Virus record (IMG/VR): IMGVR_UViG_3300005253_000580
Span: 1 to 60,790 of that record
DNA from: a virus
Length of the DNA stretch: 60,790 bases
Direction: 5' to 3' (one strand)
Shown here: positions 60,694 through 60,790 of the stretch, piece after piece
How the letters are laid out: every line of letters begins with the position of its first letter
How positions within the stretch are numbered: position 1 is the first letter of the stretch
Made by a program: the position numbers and the translations under genes
Notes under the pieces: generated by a model
Seen by the model: only the letters and a program-made list of their open reading frames with translations
Databases searched by the model: none
What the model was told of the DNA's origin: nothing

Positions 60694-60790
60694 CGCCCCC
60701 TCTTGAATGCGCCTACCACTGACTGACGTACAAGCCGTTGCACGGCACCAGAGCGTACAACTTTGTCAATCGCGGTTTGGTCAGTCACCC
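60670..60790. repeat. Terminal direct repeat, copy 2 (identical to 1..121)
   Basis: Exact 121-nt match to the window start. Confidence 0.95.

Noticed and set aside
1-60790. Temperate lifestyle, or the window being a prophage with host flanks.
   Set aside because: No integrase, recombinase, excisionase or attachment-site-like repeat was recognised. The ends overlap exactly and genes are coupled across the join, so there is no host flank. A CI-like repressor cannot be excluded among the HTH proteins.

Overview
This window is a complete, closed genome of a high-GC tailed dsDNA phage. Bases 1-121 are repeated exactly at 60670-60790, giving a unit length of 60,669 bp, and genes are translationally coupled across the junction. 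Gene content is siphovirus-like: TerS/TerL, portal, SPP1-gp7/Mu-F-like head protein, S78-like prohead protease, HK97-type major capsid protein, head-tail connector, major tail protein, G/G-T chaperones with a likely -1 frameshift, tape measure, distal tail proteins, and a tail fibre with an S74 chaperone domain. I saw no integrase, tRNA, rRNA or CRISPR array. Transcription diverges from a promoter region at about 16.86-17.0 kb. A roughly 16 kb rightward (+) early arm runs 17.0-32.9 kb and holds many small Zn-ribbon proteins, HTH regulators, an annealing-protein candidate, a wHTH initiator, a DnaC-like loader, RusA, ASCH and Gp37/Gp68. A roughly 44.5 kb leftward (-) arm runs 16854 -> 1, continues through the junction, and ends near 32877. 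It holds a DNA methyltransferase, packaging, head, tail and lysis genes. The most unusual content is a near-complete nonulosonic-acid (pseudaminic-acid-type) sugar pathway spliced into the morphogenesis operon. It comprises PseB-like dehydratase, class-III aminotransferase, formyltransferase-like protein, PIG-L deacetylase, NeuB-family synthase, SpsF/PseF-like cytidylyltransferase, two SAM methyltransferases and a HAD phosphatase. With it come two paralogous Rossmann-type transferase-like genes, one of which sits directly next to a Ser/Thr-rich repeat protein in the head module, and a low-GC BNR/Asp-box (sialidase-like) tail protein. My inference, not shown by the sequence, is a virion (or host-surface) nonulosonate glycosylation system. 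Other notable items: eight HNH endonuclease genes plus one remnant, including one nested out of frame inside a DNA methyltransferase ORF that still reads through; a 21-unit 12-nt tandem array whose only variation is non-synonymous; an 83-bp perfect direct repeat; an IS transposase remnant; and a low-GC two-TM moron. All functional calls rest on motifs I recognised by eye and on gene order. No database search was run.
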